A stretch of 64,000 nucleotides of DNA from Phoronis australis (taxonomy: Eukaryota > Animalia > Phoronida), in contig NMRA01000939.1 of assembly GCA_002633005.1 (NCBI GenBank), positions 27,356 through 91,355 on the forward strand. Direction: 5' to 3'. The notes under the pieces are model-generated. The model did not search any database. It saw only the letters and a program-made list of their open reading frames with translations, and was not told the DNA's origin. The position numbers and the translations under genes were made by a program. Every line of letters starts with the position of its first letter. The stretch's first letter is position 1. Below are positions 13,501 through 38,682 of this stretch, piece after piece.

Positions 13501-16500
13501 GATCTCACATGTTTGGTCAATTTTTTTTGGAAAATTTGAACTCTCAGTTTTGGAATCCAGGATAAATCCCCGCCCATCGCAAAGCTATATATTTACTATA
13601 AAGCTTTGCACCAAGGTGAATCAATGGACGGTCAACGCTAGTCGTAGTACATCACACACAGTCCATGACTGAAACCCAGTGTTTATCTTTTAGAACATTG
13701 AGTGCTCAACATGAGCTGCAGATTGTATTTGCAACCTGCAGTCTGGAAATGCGTTTGGAAATGTCGTAAGTAAATTAGGAAGATTCTCTGGAAGTCAGTG
13801 ATGTTGGCAACTTGTAACATACTAGTATCTGGAGTCGGCTAAGAAATTGTAACTTGTCATCATAGAGATCGTATTGTTTTTCAGATGGCCAAGACACAGA
13901 AAAACAAAGCAACTTCTGGTCATCTCGGTTTATTGAAAGCTCGCTTGGCTAAACTCCGGCGAGAGTTGATTGAACCAAAAGGCGGCGGTGGGGGAGCTGG
14001 GGAAGGGTTTGATGTCGCAAAGACAGGGGATGCAAGGATAGGGTTTGTTGGTATGTTTCAATTGAGTGAATTTGTGGCAATGGTATGAACATTCGACTTC
14101 ATAATTTTCAAAGAATAAAAAGATCATAAGGTGCTTTTCAGTAGGCAAATCACTTACTGAAAAGTACTGTGGGTCTGGTGAGTCAAATGTTCCCACCCTC
14201 TTCCTATTGGCCTTGTTCTCTGACTGGATTTCCCGCGTCAGGTTATCCTGACAGTAAGAGATTCATCTATCGAACATGATATCAGAAAGCAATGAAAACC
14301 TATTCCATCGCATAAATTGCTGGTTTTTGCTTGCCATTTTGTCGCACATGTATACCTTGTATGTATTCTTAAGCTTACATTTGAAAGTTGGTTGATGCCA
14401 TACAAGTTAGGATACTTTGGGTTGGGTGGTAGTTGTTGAATGTTTTAGTGTGACATTCTATTGTGTTCCCCTAGGATTCCCCTCTGTTGGCAAATCAACC
14501 TTGTTAACGAACTTGGCTGGAGTTTATTCAGAAGTGGCGTCATACGAATTTACCACCCTCACCACAGTGCCCGGGGTTATCCGGTACAAGGGAGCCAAAA
14601 TTCAGGTGGGTACTCAAGTGTTTTGATTTTCGCAAGGGCATACTTATTTCTGTAGGGTCATTCTTAAAGTGGCATAGAACATGGAAAACAGACTAAATTG
14701 CACAATTCAAAGTGGTAATTCAAACTGTTCACTGACAGACTTGTTTTTCCACTGGCTCCGCGTTTTCTTGTCTTTGATTAATGCCGGGAAGGCGAAGAAC
14801 TTGGCATCACGAATCCACGGATATTTGTTAAGGTTATCCAACGTTTTCCAGTCAGAGTTGTAGCCAACAGCACAGCTTTAATACCTCGTTGGCATTGGAG
14901 GGACACATAGAGTAATGCAGCAGCTGAGAAAAACTTGTAAAGAATACAACAATAACAAAAGACTATGTGGAACTCCAATAGTGTGAAAACCATTAGGCTA
15001 CAAAAGTACTTGATGAACATTGCAGGCATTGTGGGTAAACACAGCGAGATTTGAGTGTCCCTGTGTAATCTGGGGTGCCCCTATAATGGTAGCCATGTTA
15101 TTTCACACGGGCATAATGTTACTGAAAATCTGCAAGATAAACACAGATGGTTGTCAAGTGATGACAGACATTATGAGAAATGTTCAGATTCAACTGAGTG
15201 CAACAATCCCAACATTCACATAGCCAATCCACAAAACAAGGAATCTTGTTGCTGGTGTATTGTAACTGTCATTGAAAGCACCCTGGCTTGCACTCCATTT
15301 GTACATGTTATATGGATGCATCAAAGAATGCATTACATGTTATACGGATACATCAAAGAATGCAATACATGTTATACGGATACATCACAGAATGCAATAC
15401 ATGTTATATTGATGCATCAAAGAATGCAATACATGTTATATGGATGCATCAAAGAATGCATTACATGTTATACGGATACATCACAGAATGCATTACATGT
15501 AATATAGATGCATCACAAAATGCAACACATGTTATATTGATGCATCACAAAATACATTACATGTTATGTGGATGCATAAAATAATGCAATACAAAAACAA
15601 ATACACCCCCGGCTTCTTGGGCTTATAAGCCACTTGATGAAAATTAACATGTGACCGGTTATACACAATACACTGTAGGCTGCTCTTGCTCCAATCTATA
15701 GTTCTATTTAAATTCTAGTTGCTCGACTTACCTGGGATTATTGAAGGTGCCAAGGATGGTAAGGGGCGCGGTAAACAGGTGATTGCTGGTAAGTAAATGC
15801 ATAAATGGATAATTTCGACATGTCAGTCAAGCTAATTATTCAGGTCACAGGAATATGTAAACACACCATTAGTTAGCCAGCTGAGTCTTGCACACATCTG
15901 TTGTGAACAAAAGTGTTAAGATGGTTGTACGATGCAGCTGAGGCACTTGCAGTGCATGTCAACGGTATGCAGAGAAGGAAAGAGGTAGTTTTTGATACTG
16001 ATAAAAGCATGTAGTTTTGACGATTAGATAAATATACTCGTAGGTAAATCACAGACTATTATGAAGTATCTATGGGTAAACAAACACAGAGTGAAAGAAA
16101 TTCAGCTTCAAAACATGTCACAAATATTTGTTATTTTACTTTATTTTATTTTATTTGATACCTAAATTGAATTAAACATAGAACTGTGGATGGCAACATG
16201 ACTTATGGAAATGTCAACCAAGACACCTAACCCTTGACCATCAGTGGACACCTAACACTTGACCATCAGTGGACACCTAACACTTGATCATCAGTGGACA
16301 CCTAACACTTGACCATCAGTGGACACCTAACACTTGACCATCAGTTGACACCTAAAACTTGACCATCTGTGGACACCTAACACTTGACCATCAGTGAACA
16401 CCTAACACTTGACCGTCAGTGGACACCCAGCACCTGACCATCAGTGGACACCCAGCACTTGACCATCAGTGGACACCTAACACTTGACCATCTGTGAACA

Positions 16501-19500
16501 CTAAAAACTCAAATACAGTCAAATTTCATGAAAATGGTTTTACCCATTAGTTTTGTGAAATAGCTTACTAGGACTCATTATCTTGTTACATGCCTTTATT
16601 TTGCTTTTAAAATTGTCTGTGTTGGATGCAGAGTATTCAATCCTGTAGTGTATGAAATTAACCAGTCATTAGACTGCATTATGTTTGATCTTCAACCCCC
16701 CTCTAGTGGCACGAACATGCAACATTATCTTCCTTGTGCTGGACGTGTTGAAGCCACTACAGCACAAGAGACTGATCGAGCATGAGCTAGAAGGCTTTGG
16801 CATCCGCCTCAACAAATCACCACCAAACATCTCATTCAGGAAGAAGGACAAGGGAGGCATCAACCTCACTGCCACGGTAAGCGGTGCAGCGCTTGCGGTC
16901 GTTCCACGGCCGTGACACTGTGGTGTAATTGGGGAAATGCATGTATTTGTGTCATGCACTCTTTGTAAAACGGACAATGGTATGAAATGAAGCAGACAGG
17001 CTCTTGATACTAGTACTATAAAGCCATGCAAAGCATATCTGTGAAATGAAGCACACAGCCTCATGATACTGTAACTGTACACCCATGCAAATCATGAAAT
17101 GCCTCCATCTTGGTGGCATTTCTCCATAACCAGTATGCCATAGTTTTGACCAGTTTATAACATGAATTGTCGTACGGCATGTAACCAATTGCATGCGTGT
17201 TTTCCTGTGTCTTGACAAAAGAGCTAACCATTTGGCAACAGGCTTGGTTCTCTTCTAGCTTGATTGTGATTAAAGCGAGTGGTGTCTTCAAGATCGCCAT
17301 AGACTGCCTGTGGGTTTCCTCCATTTTTATCGGCATATATCTCATATCTCTGTCTCCAGCACTACTGGCTCCCATTTGTGAATCTCTTCCAGCCACTAAA
17401 CCAAGGCAGCTGGTTGTGAACGCCAGCAAGTTGACCATTCTAAATTTTACCATAGTTGCCTTTTGTGCTGAAAATTGTGGCATAATTGGCTTTCGTGCTG
17501 CTATTTCTAGGAACCAACTGCTCACCAAGTTTCCTGGGATCTGTTTTATGAAATGTGACTTAAGGCTTATTAAGTCAGAAATTTGGTCTTACCCTCCACA
17601 AAACTATTTCTGAAAAATAATTAAATGTCACTTGGACAAAATTGCAGAGTCTCAGAGAATGAACATATAGCTACAAGTTACTGAGAGCTTCATCTATAAA
17701 TATTTCCAGACTGTGATGCGCTGGCAAACTCTTGGCAAAGTCTTTATTCAGAAATTGTGAAGTGGAAGCATAAGACCCAATTTGTGTGTGAAGTCCAAAG
17801 TGATATTTCATGATACAGACCCCTGGATGTTATCAGAGATTCTTTTGTCCTTTATCAATGGTCTTTTCTCATTCAGTAATTTGTGTTGATGGGATGTGGT
17901 ACAGGTTAGCTCTGCACCTCTTGAGCTGTTTGCTTGGTCCTCTTCGGGCATCTTGTATTACTTGGTAGAATGAAATTTCTCCGAGTTTTTTGCTTTGTCA
18001 TGAAATTTTTTTTGTTTTTGTTTTTTTGTTCACGTGCTACAGATCGCATTTGTTATCCAATCAGGGTGGAATGTACACATAACAGGTGTATCGTGAAAAG
18101 CTCAAAGACCATTGTCGCTGTGGCGGCCATTTATTCACTTTTTTGATTTGCGGAGCTATAGCTCAGCTGTTTCTGGTGGGATTTTTGAAACTTTTTTTCT
18201 GTGAATAGATCATTTCAAGGGCATTAGGAAGTTTGCAACTTGTTATCTCAGGTTTGCAACTTGTTATCTCAGGTTTGCAACTTGTTATCTCAGGTTTGCA
18301 ACTTGTTATCTCAAGCGCTTACCGTTTTTGAGTTATTCCAGATATTCTAGTGACTGTCTTGATAATAAATTGGATTTTCACACTGTATCTCCAGCGTCCT
18401 GTGACGAATCTTTCTGAAAATTGGTACATGGATAGATCTCGTGATATGCTATCTATGCATTGCCATTCATTTCTCGCTACGACTTAACTTTCTCAAAATA
18501 TTCGAACTGCTCCGATGACTGTTCCTTTATTGATTTATTTCTAGCTGTACTTTGGTGTTCTATCATATTCGCGCTAGAAATCGCATTTTTCGTCTAATCG
18601 ACTTTAATTGTACGTGCAGTTTTTATCTAGTCAAGAGCTCGAGCCCGCTGGTTTGTGGGCAAAATTTGACACAAGATGGTGCTGTAACTGGCATATTTAG
18701 AATACTGTTTGCAGAGCTAGAGCTCCGCAGTCCTTTGACTGTAGCTTCTCAAATTTGGTATGTAAATAGATCTCCTCAAGGGCTGTCTGCAATGCGTTAT
18801 TGGTTTCTTGCTACAACTTGACAGCGTTTTCTAGTTATTTGAGATTTTTTCTGATTTGACAAATTCCTCTAATGGTTTACCATTTACTGTGCGCTAGTGT
18901 AAGAGTCTTCGCAGTCATGGTTCTTGGTGTTTGTGGTTTCATTGTCTACCTCACCTCTAAATTTTCATTCAATTTCGCTAAGTGTCGCACTTTCATTTTG
19001 TTGTCACTGCTTTAAAAGTTTTGATTTGAATGTCAAACTGTTATGCTTCTTTCTAGAGGTCACACAGCAATGAGAAAAGTGGCAAAATGCTCACAATAAG
19101 TATTAAAATAATTAATGCAGCTATGATTGCAAAATTTGTTATAGTAGTTAAGATTTTTATACATTATTATTTGTCGGTTAGAATATGGAATTAATGTTCC
19201 TTTAATAAAACAGTTTTAAAGCTGGACATGCTGGATTGGTCCTAGCTTCAATTACATCTTTTTTTAATTGACATGTACTATGTTTTGCTATGCAAGGCAG
19301 TGGAGGTAAGAGTCGGATATAACGTGCCAACATTTTGAGAACCAGTTTTCTCCACTGAATAACGAGCATCAAACTGGTGCTCAAAATGTGGGCATGTTAT
19401 ATGCGACTATTGCCCGAATGGACATATCACTTTATACTGATAAGTCACGTTATGGTTTCTGACTTCTGTGCCATTGGGCTGTGATTTCTTTGCGGCGAAA

Positions 19501-22500
19501 CATGACAGTGTAGTTGTCAGCGTGTTGACTGTCTCACTAAGCAGCTTTTGTGTTTGATTACAGGTGACTCAGTCCGAGCTAGATATGGACTTAGTAAAAA
19601 CTATCCTGGGTGAATACAAAATACACAATGCTGACGTCGTGCTAAGGTAATGACGGGAGTTAAAGAGAGGCTATCTGTTCACTCGGAGGCTGTTTACCCA
19701 GGGGTTAATCAGTCTAATATTAGATGGGAGTGCAACGTGTAAGATATGGATTGTGTACAGTTGGTGTTTTCGCCGAAAATATCCACTGTAGTTGTTTACA
19801 AAATTAAGGCCACCTCCTACTGCAGAGTTTTATGGCAAAAAGGTGGTTCAACAAGACACTTGCGGTGATAGAACAAATGCTTATGTTGGTTTTTTACTTA
19901 AAATGTTATCCTAAGTGACCCCCTTCCCTCTCCCCTGCCCCAGCCCTGAGGAGCTTTCTTGGATGGATCTACAACATTGTATTGATATAAGCTGTATTGA
20001 CCTCTGCCATGTGAACAATACATGTGTTGCAAAGTACGAGCTGTATTATCCCCTGCCTTGTGAACGGTAGATGTGTTGCGTAGTATGACCTGTATTGACC
20101 CCTTCCTTGTGAACAGTACATTTGGTGCATTATACAAAAATTATACATGAGTTTTCTGTGGCAAATTTGGTGCTAGAGCTAATGTATATTGTGTCCATCC
20201 TCTTATTTTGGATCAGTTGTGGGATTCTCATCAGCGCTGCAGGCCATTGTATGGTTACCCCTTGAAACTACTGTTGTGATGTATAAGCACAGTCAATGAC
20301 TTGTCACATCACTCACATGCCTTATACTGAGTGTTAGCCATCACTGTATGTTACTGAATTGTAGGTACGATGCCACGTCTGAAGACCTGATTGATGTCAT
20401 TGAAGGAAACAGGATATACATACCCTGCTTATACCTACTGAACAAAATAGATCAGATTTCCATCGAGGTAGGGTTTGGCAGCCAGATTATTGTGTAGTTT
20501 CATATTTATGCAGGGAGTCGGTCTGCTGGGGCCTCATATTTTTCACAGTTACTGAAGAATGTGATTCTTTAAGTCTAGAGCGAATACTCTAAGCTTGTTA
20601 ACGTACAGTTCTAAGGAGGTGTACCGAGTTGTTTTATGTGCTTAAAACCACTGTTTATCTTGTTTTGACAAGTGACTACATTGTCAGCTTCATTAAACCT
20701 TCCTTTATAGTGCTGCATATCACAACTGTGAATTTGATATCACAAAAAACGAGAAAATAGAAGAAAAGCGACTTTAATATAAAAATTTTAGCTCCTCAGA
20801 TGAGAGTATGACTTATGAAATCAATGTACTTTGCGGCAGTGCGTCATGTCCACCAACACACAAGTTTCCTGATAGTGTTTGCGACTGTTCTAATTTGACA
20901 GCTTATCGACTGGCAGGGTTGTCTTTGGTGTTTTGATGTGAAAGTGGTGATTTTAAGCAATTTAAGGTTGTTGGGAATGGCCGATTTGATTCAAACGAAC
21001 GCTTCAGATATAACTTATGCACTGTTCTCCAAAATGCTTTGGGAATTGTTTTTGAATTGTTTTGTTTTTCATAAGATGCTGTTGAAAAATGTGACTTTTA
21101 TGTTTTTATGAAAAAATAATAGTTTTATAAAACAAAAATAAAAAGAACATCTTGGAGTTTCGAAGGTTTTTTGAGTTTTTGTTGTCATGTTCTTGATACC
21201 GTTGTTTTGATCTAAGTGAAAGTTTGTTGACCCAGTCAATAAGTTCACATTTTTACTAGAGTTTGTTGACCCAGTCAATGACAAGGGGCTGAAGTCAAAT
21301 TTTACACAATATCTGCTTTCAGAAAATATGTTTTAAGCGAGGTGAATTGTGTCTATAGTTTTGCAGACATTTGAGTTTATCCAAAGACTTATTGCTAATA
21401 TTAAACTTTGGAGTAACGACAGGTCGTGTATGGAATGACGACTGTGCCATTTGCTTTGTTCAGATGTTTTTTTCAAATCCAGAATTAAATTTCCATCGCT
21501 GGTCTTGGACGTCGTCATTCTGTCCAGTGTTGTGAAACATTAGGCTTTCTGTTGACATTGTACTTATACGTATTTAGAAATGGAAGCAGTGCTTTAATTT
21601 GGATGGTCTGAAGGAACGCTGTTCGTCTTTTTTCCAGGAACTCGACATTATATACAAAATCCCACATACTGTGCCCATATCTGCCCATCACAAGTGGAAC
21701 TTTGATGATCTGTTGGAAAAAATGTGGGACTACCTCAGTTTGTGTCGAATGTGAGTTGATTGAAATCGCCGTGTATACTAAAGCACAGCCCATGAGAGCT
21801 GCAGAAATCCTATCATTTGTTCACTCCCAAATGTTTACAAGTTATATCAGCTGGGTATTTTGCATGTTTCACACTTTGCCTCAAAGAGTAACAGCTTGAG
21901 ATTGACCATTGACTCAGTGGGCTTTTTACTGTTCTGTGGCGCAATGTGAATGTTAAAGCAGATCTAGGTCACTTCAGCAGTGCACGCATTTTCTTTATTT
22001 TCCAATGACAGTCCTCTCTAGTATGTCAGCATATGCTAAAACTGTGATTTTTCTGGTTTCACATTCCAAATCACTGTGTTGGGTCTGTCAAGTAGTTTTT
22101 GTTGAAGTTGATCCATTAGTCTTTGGAGTATTGAACGTAATCGTCGTTGTATTTAGGGGATTCCACCTTCATTCGTAATTACTGTGGTGATTGGCTAGGC
22201 TTTGTGGCCTGCACATGCCCGGTATGATGCGAAAGGAGCGGGGTCACATGCACCTATATGCTGCAGTGGGCATATACAAAAGGATACTAAACCCTGTTTT
22301 GATGATTCCAACCTATCCTTGTTCTGTCACCTGCTAATGCATCGTTGGCGTTAATGTTCTAAGTTAAAGACAGGAATCAACTCATTTTCTGGATGTCACA
22401 GATTGGACGTTATGGTCCTTGGTGGGTGACCTCTTGCCGGGTAAATCACTAAAACGTAGGTCACACTTGCCCGTTAGGCCGACTTTGAAAGGAGTTTTCA

Positions 22501-24163
22501 AATTTTCCTCCAAACTTTTGAGGATTGTCGAGGTTACAGAGCAGAGTTTGGTATCCTTTTATCTAGTGGGGGTAAGCGTCATTGATCTACTGCACACTTC
22601 CTTGTATAAGTCCTGGACCCGCCCTTGTTACCTGTATCTAATTGTGTCACTTGTGCTGTCAGTTACACAAAGCCCAAAGGCCAGCTACCTGACTACTCAG
22701 CCCCTGTTGTTCTGCGGACGGATAACACAACGATTGAAGATTTCTGTAACAAACTGCATCGCAGCCTTATCAAAGACTTTAAGCAGTAAGTCTTCCTGGC
22801 ATTATCTCTTTGATCTATAGAACTGTATACTATACTTATAAATTTATTTATTTGAGTGATTTCTTGGTGGTTCTGTTATGTCATAAATAATGACCAAAGG
22901 TCTAGTTAGCAAGGTAGACATTTCAGAGTGTCTGAAGAGTTCACAATAAGTGTACTGTACGGTACTTTGGCTTTCCTGTATACACAGGGAAAGTGTTTTA
23001 GTGACGGGTCACACAATTGAATGATTTCATGGCCGACATGCTTGGTGTCCCCAAGTCGGGGTCAAGCTATCTAATAAGTTTCAGCAAAGCCATTGAGTAA
23101 AAAACAAACATTGAAAAGAATGTAATCTATTTTGACAGTGCTTTGGTGTGGGGTTCATCTGTGAAACACCAGCCTCAGAAGGTGGGTAAAGACCATGTGC
23201 TGAATGATGAGGATGTGGTCCAGATTGTTAAGAGGTGAGTGTTGTTAGTTTAGAGTGTTTTTGGCTATACCCGTGGTGGTGAAGCAGTCCGGTGGTAGAA
23301 TCCATCAATACTTCGACCAAATCTTTGAATACAGACAGTGGACTCTACCAGTCCTGCCACCGGATTTAAAATCAGCTCGTGTGCTGCCTAAAACAGTGCG
23401 GGTCAGACCTTTAAATCCATTGCCCATGCTCCATAAACAAAGGTCAGATACTTTGCCAAAGAAGTACTGTGTAGTTGCTATATTCTTCACTTGAATATGT
23501 ACTTATGACCTAATTAGATGGTGGACATTAGCATGCATTCAGGCAGTGAAGTACTTGATGTGTAAATTGTATGTACAACTCACTATATTCTCCCGTTGCA
23601 AAGCTGCCTAGCTTCTTTAACTGGCTAATGGGGAAAGACCGATTCTGGGGGCAATTGAGTAGACGTCTCAAGATGTTCCAGGACCCTGGACCATGGATTG
23701 AAACAACTTGCACTCATTGTTGAAAGCTGAGAACCCTCCCTGAATAGTGTATGGTCAGCTTTAAGTTGTCTTAACTGATGGTCCAGGCTCCTGAAGTTGT
23801 TTATGGACCAATTCAATCATCGTAGGAATCAGTTCATGGCTGTTCCACAGTAGGAGCCAGGCAACTCTGTAACACCCGAAGGAAAATACAGCGAATATTC
23901 CTTGAAATTTTAATTTGTATATAACTGAACTAATTGTCTTCAGGTTGCCATTCTTGCACACTGTGACTATAGACTTTACTTTTAATTTGTACACTTTGCC
24001 TTCTCTTTCAATTTAAGGGCAAACTGTTATCATTTTCCACAAGTTGAAATTACAAGATGAGAGTTGCATCATGTTACGTAGGTTGAATCCTAAGAACATT
24101 GATTTCTCAACCATGTATTGGCAACAGTCTGCAATTATATTGTTCTTTCTTTGCAGAATTTAA
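10543..24163 (+). CDS. DRG1: Developmentally regulated GTP-binding protein 1 (OBG-family GTPase)
   Basis: Exons 10543-10581, 13885-14050, 14475-14605, 15719-15788, 16707-16876, 19564-19646, 20365-20467, 21638-21750, 22663-22785, 23139-23234, 24157-24163 (alternatively stop TGA 23236-23238 if the last intron is not spliced). DRG1-diagnostic [66 protein letters not shown], and C-terminal TGS domain. Confidence 0.95.
11213..11722 (+). mobile_element. MITE with CAGGGCTTGGAAT TIRs and 6-bp TSD (hAT-like)
   Basis: TIR cagggcttggaat/attccaagccctg; flanking duplication aagtat (11207-11212, 11723-11728); inverted sister copy at 29554-30030. Confidence 0.85.
12009..13196. mobile_element. Non-autonomous TIR element with 5-bp TSD (hAT-like)
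   Basis: Ends cagtgtttccc / gggaaaccctg; ataaa duplicated on both flanks; internal aaggagcatgg(t/c)ggtgaatg duplication and cgatcatttttactag tandem array. Confidence 0.65.
15301..15590. repeat. ~31-bp minisatellite in DRG1 intron
   Basis: Unit tacatgttatatggatgcatcaaagaatgca, about 9 copies. Confidence 0.9.
16222..16502. repeat. 25-bp minisatellite in DRG1 intron
   Basis: Unit ggacacctaacacttgaccatcagt, about 11 copies. Confidence 0.92.
17150..17900 (-). mobile_element. Heavily decayed CR1/L2-like LINE ORF2 3' remnant
   Basis: Frameshifted fragments [10 protein letters not shown] (like LGVxIDxxLS), [16 protein letters not shown] occur in the order expected for a CR1-clade ORF2 C-terminus; many stops. 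Confidence 0.35.
18030..18899 (+). mobile_element. DINE/Helentron-like non-autonomous element containing a 21-bp tandem repeat
   Basis: Starts after a T-run; gtttgcaacttgttatctcag x4 at 18231-18314; ends with short hairpin aatggtttaccatt followed by gcgctagt. Confidence 0.4.
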
Positions 24164-24214
24164 ATGCGGCTGCCAAGTAGAAGCATGAAAATTTGAGGCA
24201 TCCAGTTGAGAAAA

Positions 24215-24443
24215 CAGATAAAATTTTGAATCTAATTCTGGAATAAAACTTACCGTACTAGAGTTAGCGATGTTGCATCTGGACACACTTACTAAAGTTA
24301 GCAATGTTGTGTCCAGACACACTTACTAGAGGTAGTAATGTTGCGTCTATACACACTTACTTGAGTTAGCAATGTTGCGTCTGGATACAACGTCGCTAAC
24401 TTTAGTAAGTTTTATTCCAGTATTAGATTCAAAATTTTATCTG
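24215..24443. mobile_element. MITE with ~38-bp TIRs and internal ~33-bp tandem repeats, in DRG1 3' UTR
   Basis: cagataaaattttgaatctaattctggaataaaactta versus taagttttattccagtattagattcaaaattttatctg; internal cacacttactaaagttagcaatgttg repeats. Confidence 0.8.
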
Positions 24444-25986
24444 AGACGGCCAAGTATTGATGACCAAATCTGATGCCATATCGAGGCTGACGGCTTGAAG
24501 TCCTTTAAAATTATCACAGAAAGCGAAAACTGTTACGCTCTTTACAGTCTTCCTAAAATAATGCGAAAATTAAGATTGTGCTTAAGAGTGGTTTGTGCAA
24601 AGCAACTAAACTGTCAGTTTTAAATAAAATAAACTATTGTCAGAAGTCAGAAGTTGTTGCTGAACTGCCTCCAGGTGTTTACCACAACAAGAAATTAACG
24701 TAATCTGTTTATTTTTTGTTGCCCCTTTGTGGGTGAGAATGGCAATTTTAACCAATAAACGCGATATAGTTCAAGTAACAGTTTTATTTTGTTGGTGAAT
24801 TAAGAAGTCACGTAGTATGTACAATATACCATAACACAATGACCAGAGCAACATTCCTTTGTACATTATTTTCAACTTTATAAACTCAGTCCTTAAAATA
24901 CAATCAGTACAATGGGCAACTGTGGAAATAGATTGGCTTAATGTTTTGAGTTTGCAAGCAATTTAAAGAACTAGAAAATGGAGCTGATACCCATCTGTAC
25001 TGCAACACCAACAAAAGCATTTGTCAAAGTTGGGGAGAAAACAACATTAAACAGATGAAAAAGTGAAAACTTCTTAACAATAATACATGAATCGAACTCT
25101 CTTGTGCAGTTCATACAGCTGCTTTTTCAATTTCTCCTATCAAATCCAACAGGCCTGGCTGATAAACGGCAATTGATAATACCTGGCAGGTTTCTTGAAC
25201 TGAAGTAAAGATTGCGGAAGTTGGACATGCGCAAGTCAGATTTTTACTGAACCCAGACAGTAATGTTCAGACTAGATTGTACAGGTAGGTGGCGTTGTCA
25301 AAGTGCGAACTCTAGTTTGTGCACTCGACCCTTCATATGAATCCGATTTCAGTAAAAAAATCTCGCAGTATGGTAGCAAGAGTTTTACCGTTTCTGATAA
25401 AAAGTTGCGCGTGAGCAAGCATTTTGGATATTCAACGAGCTAATACATGTTCTCAAGTGTCAAAATTAAGTTACTAAATTAGAAAGAGAAACTTACACTT
25501 CCTACTTTGCGCTCTACCCACAGTCTACTTTGGTACGCAAGCTCAAACACAGCTTTCTCGCAATCTAGCGCATGGGTCTACTCTGTAGCAGCTTCAGGTC
25601 CTTCATATTTCAAGACCCGCTTAATATCGGCCTTGAGCCGCTTTTTTCTCAAATATTTTGTAGTACAAGTCCAAACTAACTGATGCCTTCAAGGGTCACA
25701 AGCCAAATTCCCTTTTCTCATATTTCCACCAAAGCACTTTCAGTTCCATCCAACACAAACGGCTGGTGTGATATTAATAGTCACTACCCCAGCCTGAATG
25801 ACTAAAGACAACAGAATTGTAACAAACAGCAATTTGACTTCTTCAAAACCGGCAACAATGAGCTTAAGTACTGGGTTTTCACCCCGTCAAGGTTCATATA
25901 ATGTCTGATCATATCTGAACACTTCACTGTGTTGAATTCAGCTTGTGTCCCTTTAAGTCAAAACCATCATTCATCCAGTATTAGCT

Positions 25987-38575
<12,589 letters not shown>

Positions 38576-38682
38576 GTTTGGGAAAAACCGGAAAAGAATG
38601 AAACTCTCGTTAGTTCTCGTATGTGTCGTGAAACTCTTTTTTGTTTGGAGGTTCAGTTGTTCTATTTGCGCGCTTCATCAAA
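38576..38682. promoter_or_regulatory. Putative bidirectional promoter/5' UTR region shared by GPS1 and NUDT1
   Basis: Only ~107 bp between the divergent start codons; contains ETS-type CCGGAA at 38588. Confidence 0.6.

Noticed and set aside
15055-15584. 150-aa and 98-aa His/Met/Cys-rich ORFs
   Set aside because: Derived from the 31-bp minisatellite.
23240-23990. Coding-like composition in the last DRG1 intron
   Set aside because: Multiple stops in all frames; at most an unrecognisable retroelement relic.
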